Positions 20,045 through 30,925 of a stretch of 64,000 nt of DNA are shown piece after piece. Source of the DNA: Candidatus Cloacimonadales bacterium (GTDB taxonomy: Bacteria > Cloacimonadota > Cloacimonadia > Cloacimonadales > JAFGVF01); the NCBI GenBank assembly GCA_963677495.2, contig CAXXOU010000004.1:896001-960000 (forward strand). Reading direction: 5' to 3'. The notes beneath the pieces are model-generated. The model saw only the letters and a list, made by a program, of their open reading frames with translations. It had not been told where the DNA came from and made no database searches. Within the stretch, counting starts at the first letter, position 1; every line of letters starts with the position of its first letter. A program made the translations under genes and the position numbers.

Positions 20045-20720
20045 TTTAATACTGTTTGATTTAGACAATACATTGCTTAACTATAAACAAGCTGAGATTG
20101 AAGCCATCGAAGATATGCGTCAATGGCTTGGGGTTGATGTTGAACCCTCTGTTTTCCACAAAACATATAAGAAACTTAATGCACAACTGTGGACTGACTT
20201 TGAGAATGGTTTAGTAGAACTTAAAGTTTTAAAGAGTAAACGCTTTCAGGATATGGCAGAACACTTCAATTATGAGTGTGGCCCGGATGAGTGTGGCATA
20301 AAGTATCAAAAGTTCCTTTCTATGAAAGCATTCCCTGTTGATGGAATGTATGATTTACTTGATAAGCTTCACGGGAAAGCTAAGCTTGCGATCGTGAGTA
20401 ATGGACTTGCAAGAGTTCAGTACAACAGAATCAGTCTTGCAAAGCTTGACAAATACTTCCCACATGTATTCCTCTCGGAAGAACTTGAAGCGATGAAACC
20501 TGAAAGGGATTATTTCGAGAAGGTTTTTAAGGCGTTAGATTGGGATGACTATAGTAAGGCTATCATAATTGGAGATAACATGAATTCTGATATCAAAGGT
20601 GGTGTGAACTTCGGTATTGACACATGCTGGGTGAACCTGTTTGATAATGAGAATGATAGTGGGATTGAACCACACTATCATGTTAAGCATTTATCTGAGT
20701 TGGAAGAGATATTGATATAA
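20034..20720 (+). CDS. YjjG-like HAD nucleotidase
   Basis: FDLDNTL, SNG, KP, IGDN..SDI.GG. Confidence 0.88.
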   Translation: MKYDLILFDLDNTLLNYKQAEIEAIEDMRQWLGVDVEPSVFHKTYKKLNAQLWTDFENGLVELKVLKSKRFQDMAEHFNYECGPDECGIKYQKFLSMKAFPVDGMYDLLDKLHGKAKLAIVSNGLARVQYNRISLAKLDKYFPHVFLSEELEAMKPERDYFEKVFKALDWDDYSKAIIIGDNMNSDIKGGVNFGIDTCWVNLFDNENDSGIEPHYHVKHLSELEEILI

Positions 20721-20733
20721 AGGAGATAGTGAT

Positions 20734-20907
20734 ATGAGTAAAATCAGAAAATGGGCTTGGCTTGTAATCTCAATACTTCTTTTGGTTGGAAGCTATTTTC
20801 AGTTTACATCAGGGAATAGTAAGCTAGCATTAAGCTATATTGTCCTTGGTATTGGAGCACTTGTATTTACTATTATTCAGTTTATAAGAGATAGGAGGGA
20901 TAGATGA
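20734..20907 (+). CDS. Small two-TM membrane protein (57 aa)
   Basis: AAGGAG RBS; MSKIRKWAWLVISILLLVGSYFQFTSGNSKLALSYIVLGIGALVFTIIQFIRDRRDR; ATGA overlap with phnD; below ORF-track cutoff. Confidence 0.75.
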   Translation: MSKIRKWAWLVISILLLVGSYFQFTSGNSKLALSYIVLGIGALVFTIIQFIRDRRDR

Positions 20908-21806
20908 AAAGAATAAATATTTTTATGTTATTGTTTGCAGTTCTTATTCTTGCCGGTTGCGGTGAGAAAGCAGAATTAGGAACAAAAAAGAATCCTGTTA
21001 AGATGTACTTTGTACCATCAATGGAAGCTAGTACTATTGTCACAAGTGGTGAGGCAATTGCTGAGTATCTTGAAGAAACTACAGGTTATGAGTTTGAGAT
21101 AAAGGTACCAACAAGCTATGCATCAGTTATTGAAGCTATGGGTACAGAGCAAGCAGATATTGGTTGGCTTGCTACTTTTGGATATATCTTAGCTAATGAG
21201 AAGTACGATGCTGAAGTGGCTATGACGACTGTAAGAAACGGCCTTAAATCATATCGTGGTGAGTTTATTGCAAAAGCTGATTCAGGGATTGATACGATTG
21301 AAGATATTGCAGGTAAAACTATTGGTTATACAGATGCTGCTTCTACTTCCGGTTATATCTATCCATCAGCTATCCTTAAAATGAAAGGTATTGAACCGGG
21401 ACACAAAAGATTCTTAGGAAGTCATCCTGCAGCTGTGCTTGCTGTTTATCAGGGAAATGTAGATGTTGGTTGTACATTCTGGTCTCCGGCAAACAAAGAG
21501 GGTGTTCCAATGGATGCAAGACAGAAGTTAATGGAAACATATCCTGATATCTTTGAAAAGGTTAAGATTGTAGATTTTACTGATTGGATTCCTAACGATA
21601 CTGTTACATTCAGAAAGAACTTCCCTGCTGATATGAGAGAGAAGATTGTTACTGCTCTTGAAAAGGGTTTTGAGAATCCAAAGATTAAGCAGATGCTCTT
21701 TGACCTTTACCAGATTGATGGACTTGAAAGAGCAACAGGCGCTGATTATGATATTGTAAGAAAAACTCTTGAAGCGCTTGGTATGAGTGCTGCTGATAGG
21801 ATGTAA
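20904..21806 (+). CDS. phnD: Phosphate/phosphite/phosphonate ABC substrate-binding lipoprotein
   Basis: Lipobox LAGC, SY..VIEAM, STSGYIYP, SH..AVLAV. Confidence 0.88.
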   Translation: MKRINIFMLLFAVLILAGCGEKAELGTKKNPVKMYFVPSMEASTIVTSGEAIAEYLEETTGYEFEIKVPTSYASVIEAMGTEQADIGWLATFGYILANEKYDAEVAMTTVRNGLKSYRGEFIAKADSGIDTIEDIAGKTIGYTDAASTSGYIYPSAILKMKGIEPGHKRFLGSHPAAVLAVYQGNVDVGCTFWSPANKEGVPMDARQKLMETYPDIFEKVKIVDFTDWIPNDTVTFRKNFPADMREKIVTALEKGFENPKIKQMLFDLYQIDGLERATGADYDIVRKTLEALGMSAADRM

Positions 21807-22562
21807 ATGGCTGATATAATCAAGATAAAAGATTTAAACAAGTATTACGATAAAGATACTCATGCTCTGAAAGATATCGACTTAGATATAAAAGAGGGTG
21901 AGTTTGCAATTTTGCTTGGGCTGTCTGGCTCAGGTAAATCTACTTTACTACGTTGCTTAAATAGGTTAATCGAACCAACTTCCGGAACAATAACGTTCAA
22001 GGGAATTGATGTTACTAATCTTTCGAACAGGGAGTTACCTGCTGTAAGAAGCAGAATAGGTATGATTTTCCAACAGTTCAATCTAATCAAGAACCTGTCT
22101 GTTCTAACTAATGTGCTAACAGGTAGACTTGGTCAACACTCTCTCTTCCAACCTTGGACTAAATCTGAGAAGGAGATGGCACTGCGGAATCTTGAACGTG
22201 TTGGACTTGCAGACTTTGCAAAACGCAAAGTGAAGAATCTTAGTGGTGGACAACAGCAGAGAGTAGCTATTGCAAGAGCACTTATGCAGACTCCCGATAT
22301 TATTCTTGCAGATGAGCCAGTTGCATCTCTTGATCCTGCTACTGCTGATTCAGTGATGCACTATTTAGGTGAATTGAATAAGAATGACGGCATAACAGTT
22401 GTTTGCTCTTTGCATTTCTTGAGTTTAGCTCGAAAATACGGTAGTCGTGTAATAGCTCTCAAAGATGGACGCAAAGTCTTTGAAGGTAGTCCCGAAGAGA
22501 TAGACGAAGCTCGTTTCCAATCCATTTATGGGGAAGAGGCGCAGGAGATTACGATTAGGTAA
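21807..22562 (+). CDS. phnC: Phosphonate ABC ATP-binding protein
   Basis: GLSGSGKST, NVLTGRLG, LSGGQQQRV, ADEPVASLDP. Confidence 0.92.
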   Translation: MADIIKIKDLNKYYDKDTHALKDIDLDIKEGEFAILLGLSGSGKSTLLRCLNRLIEPTSGTITFKGIDVTNLSNRELPAVRSRIGMIFQQFNLIKNLSVLTNVLTGRLGQHSLFQPWTKSEKEMALRNLERVGLADFAKRKVKNLSGGQQQRVAIARALMQTPDIILADEPVASLDPATADSVMHYLGELNKNDGITVVCSLHFLSLARKYGSRVIALKDGRKVFEGSPEEIDEARFQSIYGEEAQEITIR

Positions 22563-22567
22563 CGCTT

Positions 22568-23587
22568 ATGAAGAATAAAACACTCAATTATCTTAAAGCC
22601 CTTGGAACTGATTTACTGCTGTTCTCATACATGTTTGGTTGCATTGCATATATTGTCAATTACTACACAGAATCTGCTCTAACTAGCTACTTAGAAAGCA
22701 AAGGTTTAAATGTTTTACTATTTGTAGTAGTCTTGACTGTGCTGAAGACTTTTACCTTACTACCTATGCGTCGTTCCTTAGGTTATAGAATCTTTATTAG
22801 AGATGACTCAGAAGGTAAAGGTGGCTACTGGACCTATGTGTTACCACTAATAATAATCACGTTCTTTACAGGTTGGCTTGTTGTAGAAATCAATCCGGTT
22901 GAGTTCTTTACCCAATTTAGAAACTCTAAGAATATTTTATCCGGATTATTCAATCCCAACTTCACTAAGCTGACTCCTTTGCTTACTTCATTGGCAGAAA
23001 CAGTGTTCTTAGCATTTATGGCTACTGTTTTAGCAATACCTACTGCGTTCATTCTTAGTTTCTTTGCAGCTCGTAATCTTATGAACGGGAATGCTATTAG
23101 TGTTTCTGTTTACTTTGTGATTCGAACAATTGCTACTATCTTCCGTTCAATTGAAGCGATTGTATGGGCAATTATCTTCTCTGTTTGGGTGGGTATTGGT
23201 CCCTTTGCCGGTATGCTTGCTTTGACAACACATTCTGTTGCTGCACTTGTTAAGCTTTACTCAGAACAGATTGAGAACATCGATTGGGGACAAGTTGAGG
23301 CTATCAAAGCAACAGGTGCATCAACACTCCAGGTATGGATTTATGCAGTCATACCACAGATTATTTCACCATATCTGGCATTCACTATATATCGATGGGA
23401 TATAAACGTACGAATGGCTACAATCGTTGGTTTTGTAGGTGGTGGTGGTATTGGGCTTGCGCTTATGCAGGAACAACAGATGCTAGCCTGGCGAAATGTT
23501 GGTCTGATTATGTGGCTTATTGCTATTGTTGTCTGGATTATGGATATGGTCAGTGCGAAAGTTAGAGCAAAGTTATTGGATAGTTAG
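22568..23587 (+). CDS. phnE: Phosphonate ABC permease
   Basis: G.GPFAG.LAL, EAIKATGA, WDINVR..TIVG.VGGGGIG. Confidence 0.9.
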   Translation: MKNKTLNYLKALGTDLLLFSYMFGCIAYIVNYYTESALTSYLESKGLNVLLFVVVLTVLKTFTLLPMRRSLGYRIFIRDDSEGKGGYWTYVLPLIIITFFTGWLVVEINPVEFFTQFRNSKNILSGLFNPNFTKLTPLLTSLAETVFLAFMATVLAIPTAFILSFFAARNLMNGNAISVSVYFVIRTIATIFRSIEAIVWAIIFSVWVGIGPFAGMLALTTHSVAALVKLYSEQIENIDWGQVEAIKATGASTLQVWIYAVIPQIISPYLAFTIYRWDINVRMATIVGFVGGGGIGLALMQEQQMLAWRNVGLIMWLIAIVVWIMDMVSAKVRAKLLDS

Positions 23588-23749
23588 ATAAGAACCTTTT
23601 GAAAGTTAAATACTCACTTGGATTATACCATAAACTCAATTATCTGTAGTAGTTATAGTTGACACTGTAACTATTTTTTTATTGTTAAATAGTTAGGGTT
23701 GAAATATCTTGTCTAAAATTAATGAGAAATACTACTTAGAGGAGAGAAG

Positions 23750-26700
23750 ATGAGGAACCGCTTACTTATCTTTGTACTTCTAGTACTGACTATAAGTCTA
23801 CTCAGTGCACAGGAATACAAAGTATCTTTCGAGAGTTTAGAACTCAAAGGCGTTAGCTATGATAACCGTTTACCAATGATTTACAATCCGGGTAATCCAT
23901 GTCTACCTTATAAAACTATCCGTTTACTTGTTCCACAAGATATGATGCTTAGTGATATTGAAGTTATTGAGTCAGGTATCGAAGTTAAAGAGAATATGGA
24001 AATTGATTTTGTTCGTGAACAGAAAACGATTAGTGACAAATCAGCTGACACAACTAAGAAAAATTTTGAAGTTTACAATCGCAATTCTTTTTATCCTGAA
24101 AACTCATTCAAGATACTTTCTACTCAGATGATGAACGGCTACAAGGTTCAAACAATTGCTCTCTATCCTTATAGATATAATCCTGTGACAAAGCAGTTAT
24201 CCGAAACTGCATTTGCTACAGTGATTCCAACATTTGTTGAAAGTAGAGTAGATAGAGATACACGTATGCTTAATCTTTCATCTGAACTTCAAGATAAGAT
24301 TAAGAGCTTAGTTATTAATTCTGAGGTATTAAGCTCATATACAAAAGATGCACAATCCGAAAGTAGAAATATTCCCAGCGCATCCGATCCATATGAAATG
24401 GTTATTGTTACAGGTTCTGAACAGTCAGCCTGGTTTGAACAATATGCTACATGGAAAGAATCAAAGGGCATAGCAACAACTATTGTTTCAATCCAGGAGA
24501 TTTATGCAAATTATACAGGTGTTGATCATGCCGATATGCTTAGAAACTACATCATAGATGCTTATCAAACTTATAGTGGGACTTCTACTCCTCTTAAATA
24601 TATCCTGCTAGGTGGTGATGATGAGATAATTCCTATTCGTGGTGTCTACGGTATTGTTGGTGACACACAAGATTACAACATGCCCTCAGACCTTTATTAT
24701 GCATGCCTTGATGGAAACTGGGATGATAATATGAACATGGTTTTCGGTGAACCTGATGATAATGTTGACTACTATCCTGAAGTGTATGTTGGTAGAATCC
24801 CTGCTGAAACTGAAGTTGAGTTTAACAACTTTTTCAATAAAGCCTATCATTATGTAGATACTACTAGCTATAGCAATAATAAAGCTGCAATGTTAGGTGA
24901 GAATCTAAATATGAACCCTGTAACTTGGGGTGGAGATTATAAAGATGAGATAATGGTGAAGATGCCTGATACTTTCCATATTGAAACGCACTACGAGCGT
25001 GACGATACTTTCTCACGTGAGATTGTAATGGAAACTATCAATAATGGTGTGAATATCATCAATCATATGGGACATGCAAATCAGAGTTTCCTCATGGGTA
25101 TGGTAACTTCCAATATCTCCAGTTTAACAAATACGGAATATGGATTTGTTTTCAGCCAGGGTTGTTACCCGGCTGCTTTCGATGAAGCTACAAGTTTAGC
25201 TAGTGAATCTATTGCTGAGAACTTAATCTTTAGACCAGCAGGTTTAATGGCTTTTATCGGTAACACCCGTTACGGATGGTACTATCCAGGATCAACTGAT
25301 GGTGCATCTCAGTTCTACGACCGTTCTTTCTTCGATGGACTTTATGAAGAAAATATAAGAGAGCTTGGTGAAGCTCATATGTATTGCCTGTTAGATAATG
25401 TTGATGCAATTACAGAAAACTCTGTTATGCGCTGGTGCTATATGGAATTGATTCTTTTTGGAGATCCATCTATAGAGCTTAAAGATCCTGTAAATAACAT
25501 GCCAAATCTTGAACTTGTTGATGTCGAGTATTCTGATGAACTCGGTGATAATGATGGCAATATAAATCCTGGTGAAACTATTAGTATTACTCCTACAATT
25601 CATAATATTGAGGGATGGGATACAGCAGAACAAGTTACTCTCCAACTTATCAATGTTGAAGAACCTGTTACAGTAACTCAAGGTACAATCAATGTGGGGC
25701 AAGTTCCTGCAAATGGGACTGTCAACTCTGGAGATAGTTTCGAAATCACAATTCCTTATGATGTTGAACTTAAAGAATATGATGTTATAATCAATATTAG
25801 TGCGACCATCAATGGGGAAGAGGTATTTAGTCGTGACTTCCATAGCATGTTCACTGTAAATCTTATCAATGGTGATTTCCCTTGGACAACAAGTATTCTA
25901 AGTAAGTCATCTCCAGTTGTAATAGACTATGATAATAATGGTACAAACGAGATTCTCTATGCTGATAATTTTGGTGGTATCACTATACTAAACGACTCAG
26001 GTGAACAGATTGATTCTCTTAGTGTTATCCGTACTGAAAATATTATGTCCAGCTTTGCAGTTGGTGACCTTGATAACGATAATTATCAAGATTATGTATT
26101 TGCTAGCAGAGATGGTAACATCTATGCGTTGGACTATCAAGGTAATTATATTTATGATTACACTGAAGGTGGAATGTTCATCAAGAATCCTGTTGTTGCT
26201 GACCTTAATAACAACGGTACCCTTGAAACTATTGCCATGGATCTTCAGTATAAGTTATATGTTCTGGATAACCAGGGAGCTCCACTTTCTGGATTCCCTA
26301 AAACAGTTGATTATGGTGCTGGATGTGCTCCGGCTATTGCTGATTTAAACGAAAACGGCAATAGAGAGATCATAGTTGGTGGTTCAACCGGTATGCTGTA
26401 TGCATATGATTACCTTGGAAATGTATTAGAAGGTTTCCCGGTTGATTTAGGTTCACCTATTTTCAGTAATCCAACTGTCATTGATAACAATTCAATTGCA
26501 GTTGCTACTACAACTGACCTATTCATAGTTTCAGCAAATGGTGAGATTGAGCATTCAATGTCTCTCCCTTGCACAATTGCTAACAGTGTAATAGCTGTTG
26601 ATTTCTTCCCTTCACTCGAAGGTGTTGAAATCTCATTCGTAACATCAAATGGTGCAATCTATCTTGTAGATAGAGAACTTAACGTGCTTGATGGCTTCCC

Positions 26701-27346
26701 AGTGGAAACAGGTCATCTGTATGCTTGGCCACCTCTCGCAGGTGATATTGATAGTAATGGAACAATTGACCTTGTTGTAGTATCTCAATCTACTAGCATG
26801 TATGTTTTGAATCGTGATGGATCTTCATTTGTTGGCTTCCCATATAACCTTCGTTACAATGGTCATATCGCTTCACAGCTTGTAGATCTTGATAATGACA
26901 ATGATTTGGATATCGTATGCGGAGTTGATTTAGGAATAATGGTTGTTGATACTAAAAGACCTGTTTCAGGTCATTTAAACTGGATGACTTTCAGAGCTGA
27001 TCTACAAAGAACAGGTAACTATAACTACCTTCAATATGTGGATAATGATGAACAGAATCAGGTTGCTGTACAAACCAAGTTATTAGGTAACTATCCTAAT
27101 CCTTTCAATCCAACAACAACTATTGAGTTTGCACTTAAAAAGAAAGGCGCTGTGACTTTGTCTGTATACAATATTAAAGGTCAGAAAGTGAATACACTTG
27201 TTAACGAAGAGTATAGAGCAGGAACACACAGTATTGTTTGGGATGGCTCTGATGCAGATGACAACACAGTTGCAAGCGGAATATACTTCTATAAGCTTCA
27301 GGCAGGTTCATATACAAAGACACGTAAAATGATTCTGATGAAGTAA
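23750..27346 (+). CDS. C25 (gingipain-like) cysteine peptidase with FG-GAP-like repeats and FlgD-Ig/T9SS-like CTD
   Basis: LLGGD, SDLYYA.LDG.W, VGRIP, NHMGH and QGCY catalytic motifs; D.D.DG repeats; NYPNPFNP...KM.L.K. Confidence 0.88.
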   Translation: MRNRLLIFVLLVLTISLLSAQEYKVSFESLELKGVSYDNRLPMIYNPGNPCLPYKTIRLLVPQDMMLSDIEVIESGIEVKENMEIDFVREQKTISDKSADTTKKNFEVYNRNSFYPENSFKILSTQMMNGYKVQTIALYPYRYNPVTKQLSETAFATVIPTFVESRVDRDTRMLNLSSELQDKIKSLVINSEVLSSYTKDAQSESRNIPSASDPYEMVIVTGSEQSAWFEQYATWKESKGIATTIVSIQEIYANYTGVDHADMLRNYIIDAYQTYSGTSTPLKYILLGGDDEIIPIRGVYGIVGDTQDYNMPSDLYYACLDGNWDDNMNMVFGEPDDNVDYYPEVYVGRIPAETEVEFNNFFNKAYHYVDTTSYSNNKAAMLGENLNMNPVTWGGDYKDEIMVKMPDTFHIETHYERDDTFSREIVMETINNGVNIINHMGHANQSFLMGMVTSNISSLTNTEYGFVFSQGCYPAAFDEATSLASESIAENLIFRPAGLMAFIGNTRYGWYYPGSTDGASQFYDRSFFDGLYEENIRELGEAHMYCLLDNVDAITENSVMRWCYMELILFGDPSIELKDPVNNMPNLELVDVEYSDELGDNDGNINPGETISITPTIHNIEGWDTAEQVTLQLINVEEPVTVTQGTINVGQVPANGTVNSGDSFEITIPYDVELKEYDVIINISATINGEEVFSRDFHSMFTVNLINGDFPWTTSILSKSSPVVIDYDNNGTNEILYADNFGGITILNDSGEQIDSLSVIRTENIMSSFAVGDLDNDNYQDYVFASRDGNIYALDYQGNYIYDYTEGGMFIKNPVVADLNNNGTLETIAMDLQYKLYVLDNQGAPLSGFPKTVDYGAGCAPAIADLNENGNREIIVGGSTGMLYAYDYLGNVLEGFPVDLGSPIFSNPTVIDNNSIAVATTTDLFIVSANGEIEHSMSLPCTIANSVIAVDFFPSLEGVEISFVTSNGAIYLVDRELNVLDGFPVETGHLYAWPPLAGDIDSNGTIDLVVVSQSTSMYVLNRDGSSFVGFPYNLRYNGHIASQLVDLDNDNDLDIVCGVDLGIMVVDTKRPVSGHLNWMTFRADLQRTGNYNYLQYVDNDEQNQVAVQTKLLGNYPNPFNPTTTIEFALKKKGAVTLSVYNIKGQKVNTLVNEEYRAGTHSIVWDGSDADDNTVASGIYFYKLQAGSYTKTRKMILMK

Positions 27347-27368
27347 ACAACAGATTTGCAAAATATAA

Positions 27369-27395
27369 GAAAAGACCGGATTATCCGGTCTTTTC
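27369..27395. terminator. Bidirectional terminator
   Basis: gaaaagaccgga-tta-tccggtcttttc. Confidence 0.8.
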
Positions 27396-27422
27396 GTTTT
27401 ATATGTTTAAATATTATCTCGA

Positions 27423-28364
27423 CTAGCTTTCAGCTAAAGCTTTTTGTCCTTCAACTTGAGTTATAAGCTTATTAATCATTCCATGTCTGATTCCACAATC
27501 ATGTACAATGATCTGTTCTTGCTGAGCAACTTCCATGATTGCTTTTACAATAAGCGTTCCCGCTAGAATAATATCAGCACGTTTAGGATGCAAACCTTGG
27601 ATCTGTTTCCTTTCTTCAAGAGTGATATTTGCAAAACATTTAACCATATTATTGATATCACCTTTAGTTAGTTTCAGACCGTCGATCCATTGGGCATCAT
27701 ACTTATCAAGTCCCATCTTAACAGCAGCCAGTGTAGTAACTGTACCACCAATAGCAAGCATTTTACTAATCACTTTCTGAGCGAAGTGTTTTTGTAGAAT
27801 TGTCTGTAGATATGCAGATACAGACTTAACTTCCTCTTCAGTTGGAGGATCGGATTTAATAAACTTATCCTGCATGATTAAAGCACCAACCGGAAGGCTG
27901 ATTTGTTTGATTATCTCATGATGTTGACTAATAGTAAATTCAGTAGAACCACCACCAATATCAAAAACCATATAGTTGGTTTCAGGTTCGTCTAGTTTGA
28001 TCTTTACTGCTTCAAAGGCAAGTTGAGCCTCATCTTCACGGGAGATTATGTTGATGGATATATTGAGCTCTTTCTTAACTAACTTAAGGAAGTCTTCAGC
28101 ATTCTCAGCTCTTCTGAGTACAGCTGTTGAAAAGACTTCAAATTTGTCGACCTTCTCTTGTCTCGCAAGTTCAGCAAATCTAGCTATTGCATGTAGATTA
28201 CGTTCCATTACTGAAAAAGGGATTGCACCGCTTTCGTGGAGGCTTTCACCAAGTCTGCTTACATCTAGCTCATCTTTGATTATCTCAATTCTGCCCTCAT
28301 CATGCTCAGCTAACAAGAACTTCATGGAATTAGTTCCAATATCCAGAACTGCATATCTTGTCAT
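27423..28364 (-). CDS. ppx: Ppx/GppA exopolyphosphatase family protein
   Basis: DIGTNS, TAVLR.A.N, DIGGGSTE, RADII.AG. Confidence 0.9.
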   Translation of the reverse strand: MTRYAVLDIGTNSMKFLLAEHDEGRIEIIKDELDVSRLGESLHESGAIPFSVMERNLHAIARFAELARQEKVDKFEVFSTAVLRRAENAEDFLKLVKKELNISINIISREDEAQLAFEAVKIKLDEPETNYMVFDIGGGSTEFTISQHHEIIKQISLPVGALIMQDKFIKSDPPTEEEVKSVSAYLQTILQKHFAQKVISKMLAIGGTVTTLAAVKMGLDKYDAQWIDGLKLTKGDINNMVKCFANITLEERKQIQGLHPKRADIILAGTLIVKAIMEVAQQEQIIVHDCGIRHGMINKLITQVEGQKALAES

Positions 28365-28426
28365 TAGTATCTCCGTGTGTTGTAGTTCAATTATCGTAAT
28401 AATTGCTAAAAATGAATATATGTCAA

Positions 28427-29167
28427 TTAATAAATTTTATCTACACTACCTGAATAGAAAGGCTGAATCATTCCCTGTTCGAGCTCTAATAATAACGCTC
28501 CCTTACTATTAATTCCCTGAACTTTACCTTTAAATTTATCAAATTCAGTCGATAAAACTATCTCTTTCCCGGTTAGATATGACTGATATCGATAATATTC
28601 TAAGTACTCTTTGAGTCTATTCTCAATGAATTCCGGAAGTTCTTCCGCATATAACTCAAAAAGTTTTTCTAAGAAGAGATCATGGTCTATGTCAGTATCT
28701 AAAGCAATAGAAAGACTAGTGGCAATATCTTGCAATTCTTCAGGAAACTCATGCACATTAGAATCAATCCCAATCCCTACCAGAAAGTAGTTCTTATGCC
28801 CAAGATGTGAAGTTAGAATACCACAAACTTTTCTATTATCAATATATATATCATTTGGCCACTTTATCTTCACTGAGCCTTCTAATTCAGGGAACAAATC
28901 CACTATTGTTTTATGGATGATAACACCTGTGAATAATGTTAGTGAGCTGTCTAAAGGTAAACCGTATAATGCCATAGTAAACCAGAGACCTCCATCAGGA
29001 GAGAACCATTTATTCTTTATACGTCCTTTTCCACCGGTCTGCTCATTCACGACAACAAGGAAGTTACCTTTCACATCCCCGTTTTGTATCATCTTCTGGG
29101 CAGTACTCATTGAACTTGGTACTTTGTTGTATGAGTAAACTTCATCAAATAAGTATTGATTAATCAT
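28427..29167 (-). CDS. birA: Biotin-protein ligase (no N-terminal HTH)
   Basis: QTGGKGR...W.SP.GG, KWPND, KVCGIL. Confidence 0.9.
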   Translation of the reverse strand: MINQYLFDEVYSYNKVPSSMSTAQKMIQNGDVKGNFLVVVNEQTGGKGRIKNKWFSPDGGLWFTMALYGLPLDSSLTLFTGVIIHKTIVDLFPELEGSVKIKWPNDIYIDNRKVCGILTSHLGHKNYFLVGIGIDSNVHEFPEELQDIATSLSIALDTDIDHDLFLEKLFELYAEELPEFIENRLKEYLEYYRYQSYLTGKEIVLSTEFDKFKGKVQGINSKGALLLELEQGMIQPFYSGSVDKIY

Positions 29168-30198
29168 TATAGTATCACCATTGCATCGCCATAACTAAAG
29201 AATCTGTATTCCATTTCGACAGCTTCTTTGTAAGCATTCATTACATTTTCGTAACCTGCGAATGCACTTACGAGCATGAGTAACGTAGATTCAGGCATAT
29301 GGAAGTTGGTAATCAAACCATCAATGATTTTGACTTCTTTGCCCGGATAAATAAAGATATCTGTCCAGTGTCCACCGGCAACGACACGGTTTCCTTCTGC
29401 AAAACTTTCCAATGTACGTGTAGATGTTGTACCTACAGCAATCACTCGTCTGCCTTCATCTTTCGCTTTATTGATTATATCAGCAGAAGTCTGAGGAATT
29501 TCACAATATTCTTTATGCATCGTATGCTCTTCAATGTTATCCGTTTTTACAGGTCTGAAAGTTCCAAGACTCACTCGTAGGTTAACTTCTGTGAGAATTA
29601 CACCTTTTGCTTTTATCTGTTCAAGTAACTCATCCGAAAAATGCAATCCTGCAGTTGGTGCAGCTACAGAACCCTTCTGATCTGCATAAACAGTTTGGTA
29701 GTTTTCTTTATCATCTTCATTGCTTTCTCTTAAGATATAGGGGGGAAGAGGTACTCTACCGTGATCTTCCAAAGCTTCCCAAAAGTCTCCATTGGAAGTA
29801 AATCTAACTATTCTGGAACCTTCATCACCATATCCGATAACTTCACCTGATAAGTTCTCATTGAATATTACTTTAGCTCCATTTTTAAGTCTTCTACCCG
29901 GTTTTACAAGGCATTCCCAATCTTGTCCCTCAATCTGGTGAAGCAGGAATACTTCTACTTGTGCACCGGTAGTTTTAGTACCTTTCAAACGAGCAGGGAT
30001 TACTTTAGTTGTATTGATAACAAGTATATCTCCTGCTTCAAGCAGGGATACAATGTTACTGAATTGATAATGGTTTCGCTTTCCTGTTTCTCGGTTGAGA
30101 TGTAGGAGCTTCGATTCTGTTCTATTTTCTAAAGGATACTGAGCAATCAGATGCTCAGGCAGTTTGTAGTAGTAACTACTTCTTTCTTTTAATGACAT
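29167..30198 (-). CDS. queA: SAM:tRNA ribosyltransferase-isomerase
   Basis: LPEHLIAQYP, PLPPYI, AAPTAGLHF, TNFH.P.STL, YRFFSYGDAM; start at MSLKER. Confidence 0.96.
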   Translation of the reverse strand: MSLKERSSYYYKLPEHLIAQYPLENRTESKLLHLNRETGKRNHYQFSNIVSLLEAGDILVINTTKVIPARLKGTKTTGAQVEVFLLHQIEGQDWECLVKPGRRLKNGAKVIFNENLSGEVIGYGDEGSRIVRFTSNGDFWEALEDHGRVPLPPYILRESNEDDKENYQTVYADQKGSVAAPTAGLHFSDELLEQIKAKGVILTEVNLRVSLGTFRPVKTDNIEEHTMHKEYCEIPQTSADIINKAKDEGRRVIAVGTTSTRTLESFAEGNRVVAGGHWTDIFIYPGKEVKIIDGLITNFHMPESTLLMLVSAFAGYENVMNAYKEAVEMEYRFFSYGDAMVIL

Positions 30199-30925
30199 TT
30201 TTAGCGTTCCTGAGTATAGCTCTAAAAGAGCCGAATATAATTTTACTTTCGAGAAGTACGGGAATCTTTTCTTCATCATCCGTCAACCATATAAAAACAC
30301 GACCAGAGTTAGCGAAAATAGTCTCACCGTCTACAATTGGTTCTATCTTTAAGCATCGAACTTCTCCAAATATAGTATCTATTTTTTCGCGTTTATGACA
30401 AATAATCTTAATAGGTGCAGTTACACCATCAGCTGTCACAGTCAAACTTAGTGTATCTCCCGGAGCCATGTCCTGCTGCCTGGACCAGTAAAAGGCAGAA
30501 AACATATCATGTGTGTCAGCAGGAATCTCCAGATATTTCTCTTTCCATATTTTGTGTTTAAACTTCCATTTGCGGTACATAGTTAGCTTTTCGTCACGCA
30601 TGAATACATGAACCCTATGTTGACGATAATTTCCCTCTTTAAGCTTCTTTATGAACTCATGAGGTAATTTCGACTCAGGATCTATAATTGACTTAATCTC
30701 ATCCCTAACTTTAAATACTGAATCAAAGAAAGAATAAGTGTTAGTCTTAGCGGAAACTTGCACAGCAGTTGTGCTATCATAGCTAACACTATCAACAGCT
30801 AATACTGCTTTTGCTGCTTTAATGAATCCATATTTAATATCAAAAGTGAGTTTCTCTCCAACCTGATAGCTGAATAGTTGTGCTATTCCCAACAACCAAA
30901 CAATAAGGATTATTCCCTTTTTCAT
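30176..30925 (-). CDS. DUF3108-like secreted protein
   Basis: Signal peptide, GEKLTFDIKYG, IWLTDD..KIPV. Confidence 0.7.
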   Translation of the reverse strand: MKKGIILIVWLLGIAQLFSYQVGEKLTFDIKYGFIKAAKAVLAVDSVSYDSTTAVQVSAKTNTYSFFDSVFKVRDEIKSIIDPESKLPHEFIKKLKEGNYRQHRVHVFMRDEKLTMYRKWKFKHKIWKEKYLEIPADTHDMFSAFYWSRQQDMAPGDTLSLTVTADGVTAPIKIICHKREKIDTIFGEVRCLKIEPIVDGETIFANSGRVFIWLTDDEEKIPVLLESKIIFGSFRAILRNAKNVIKRKK

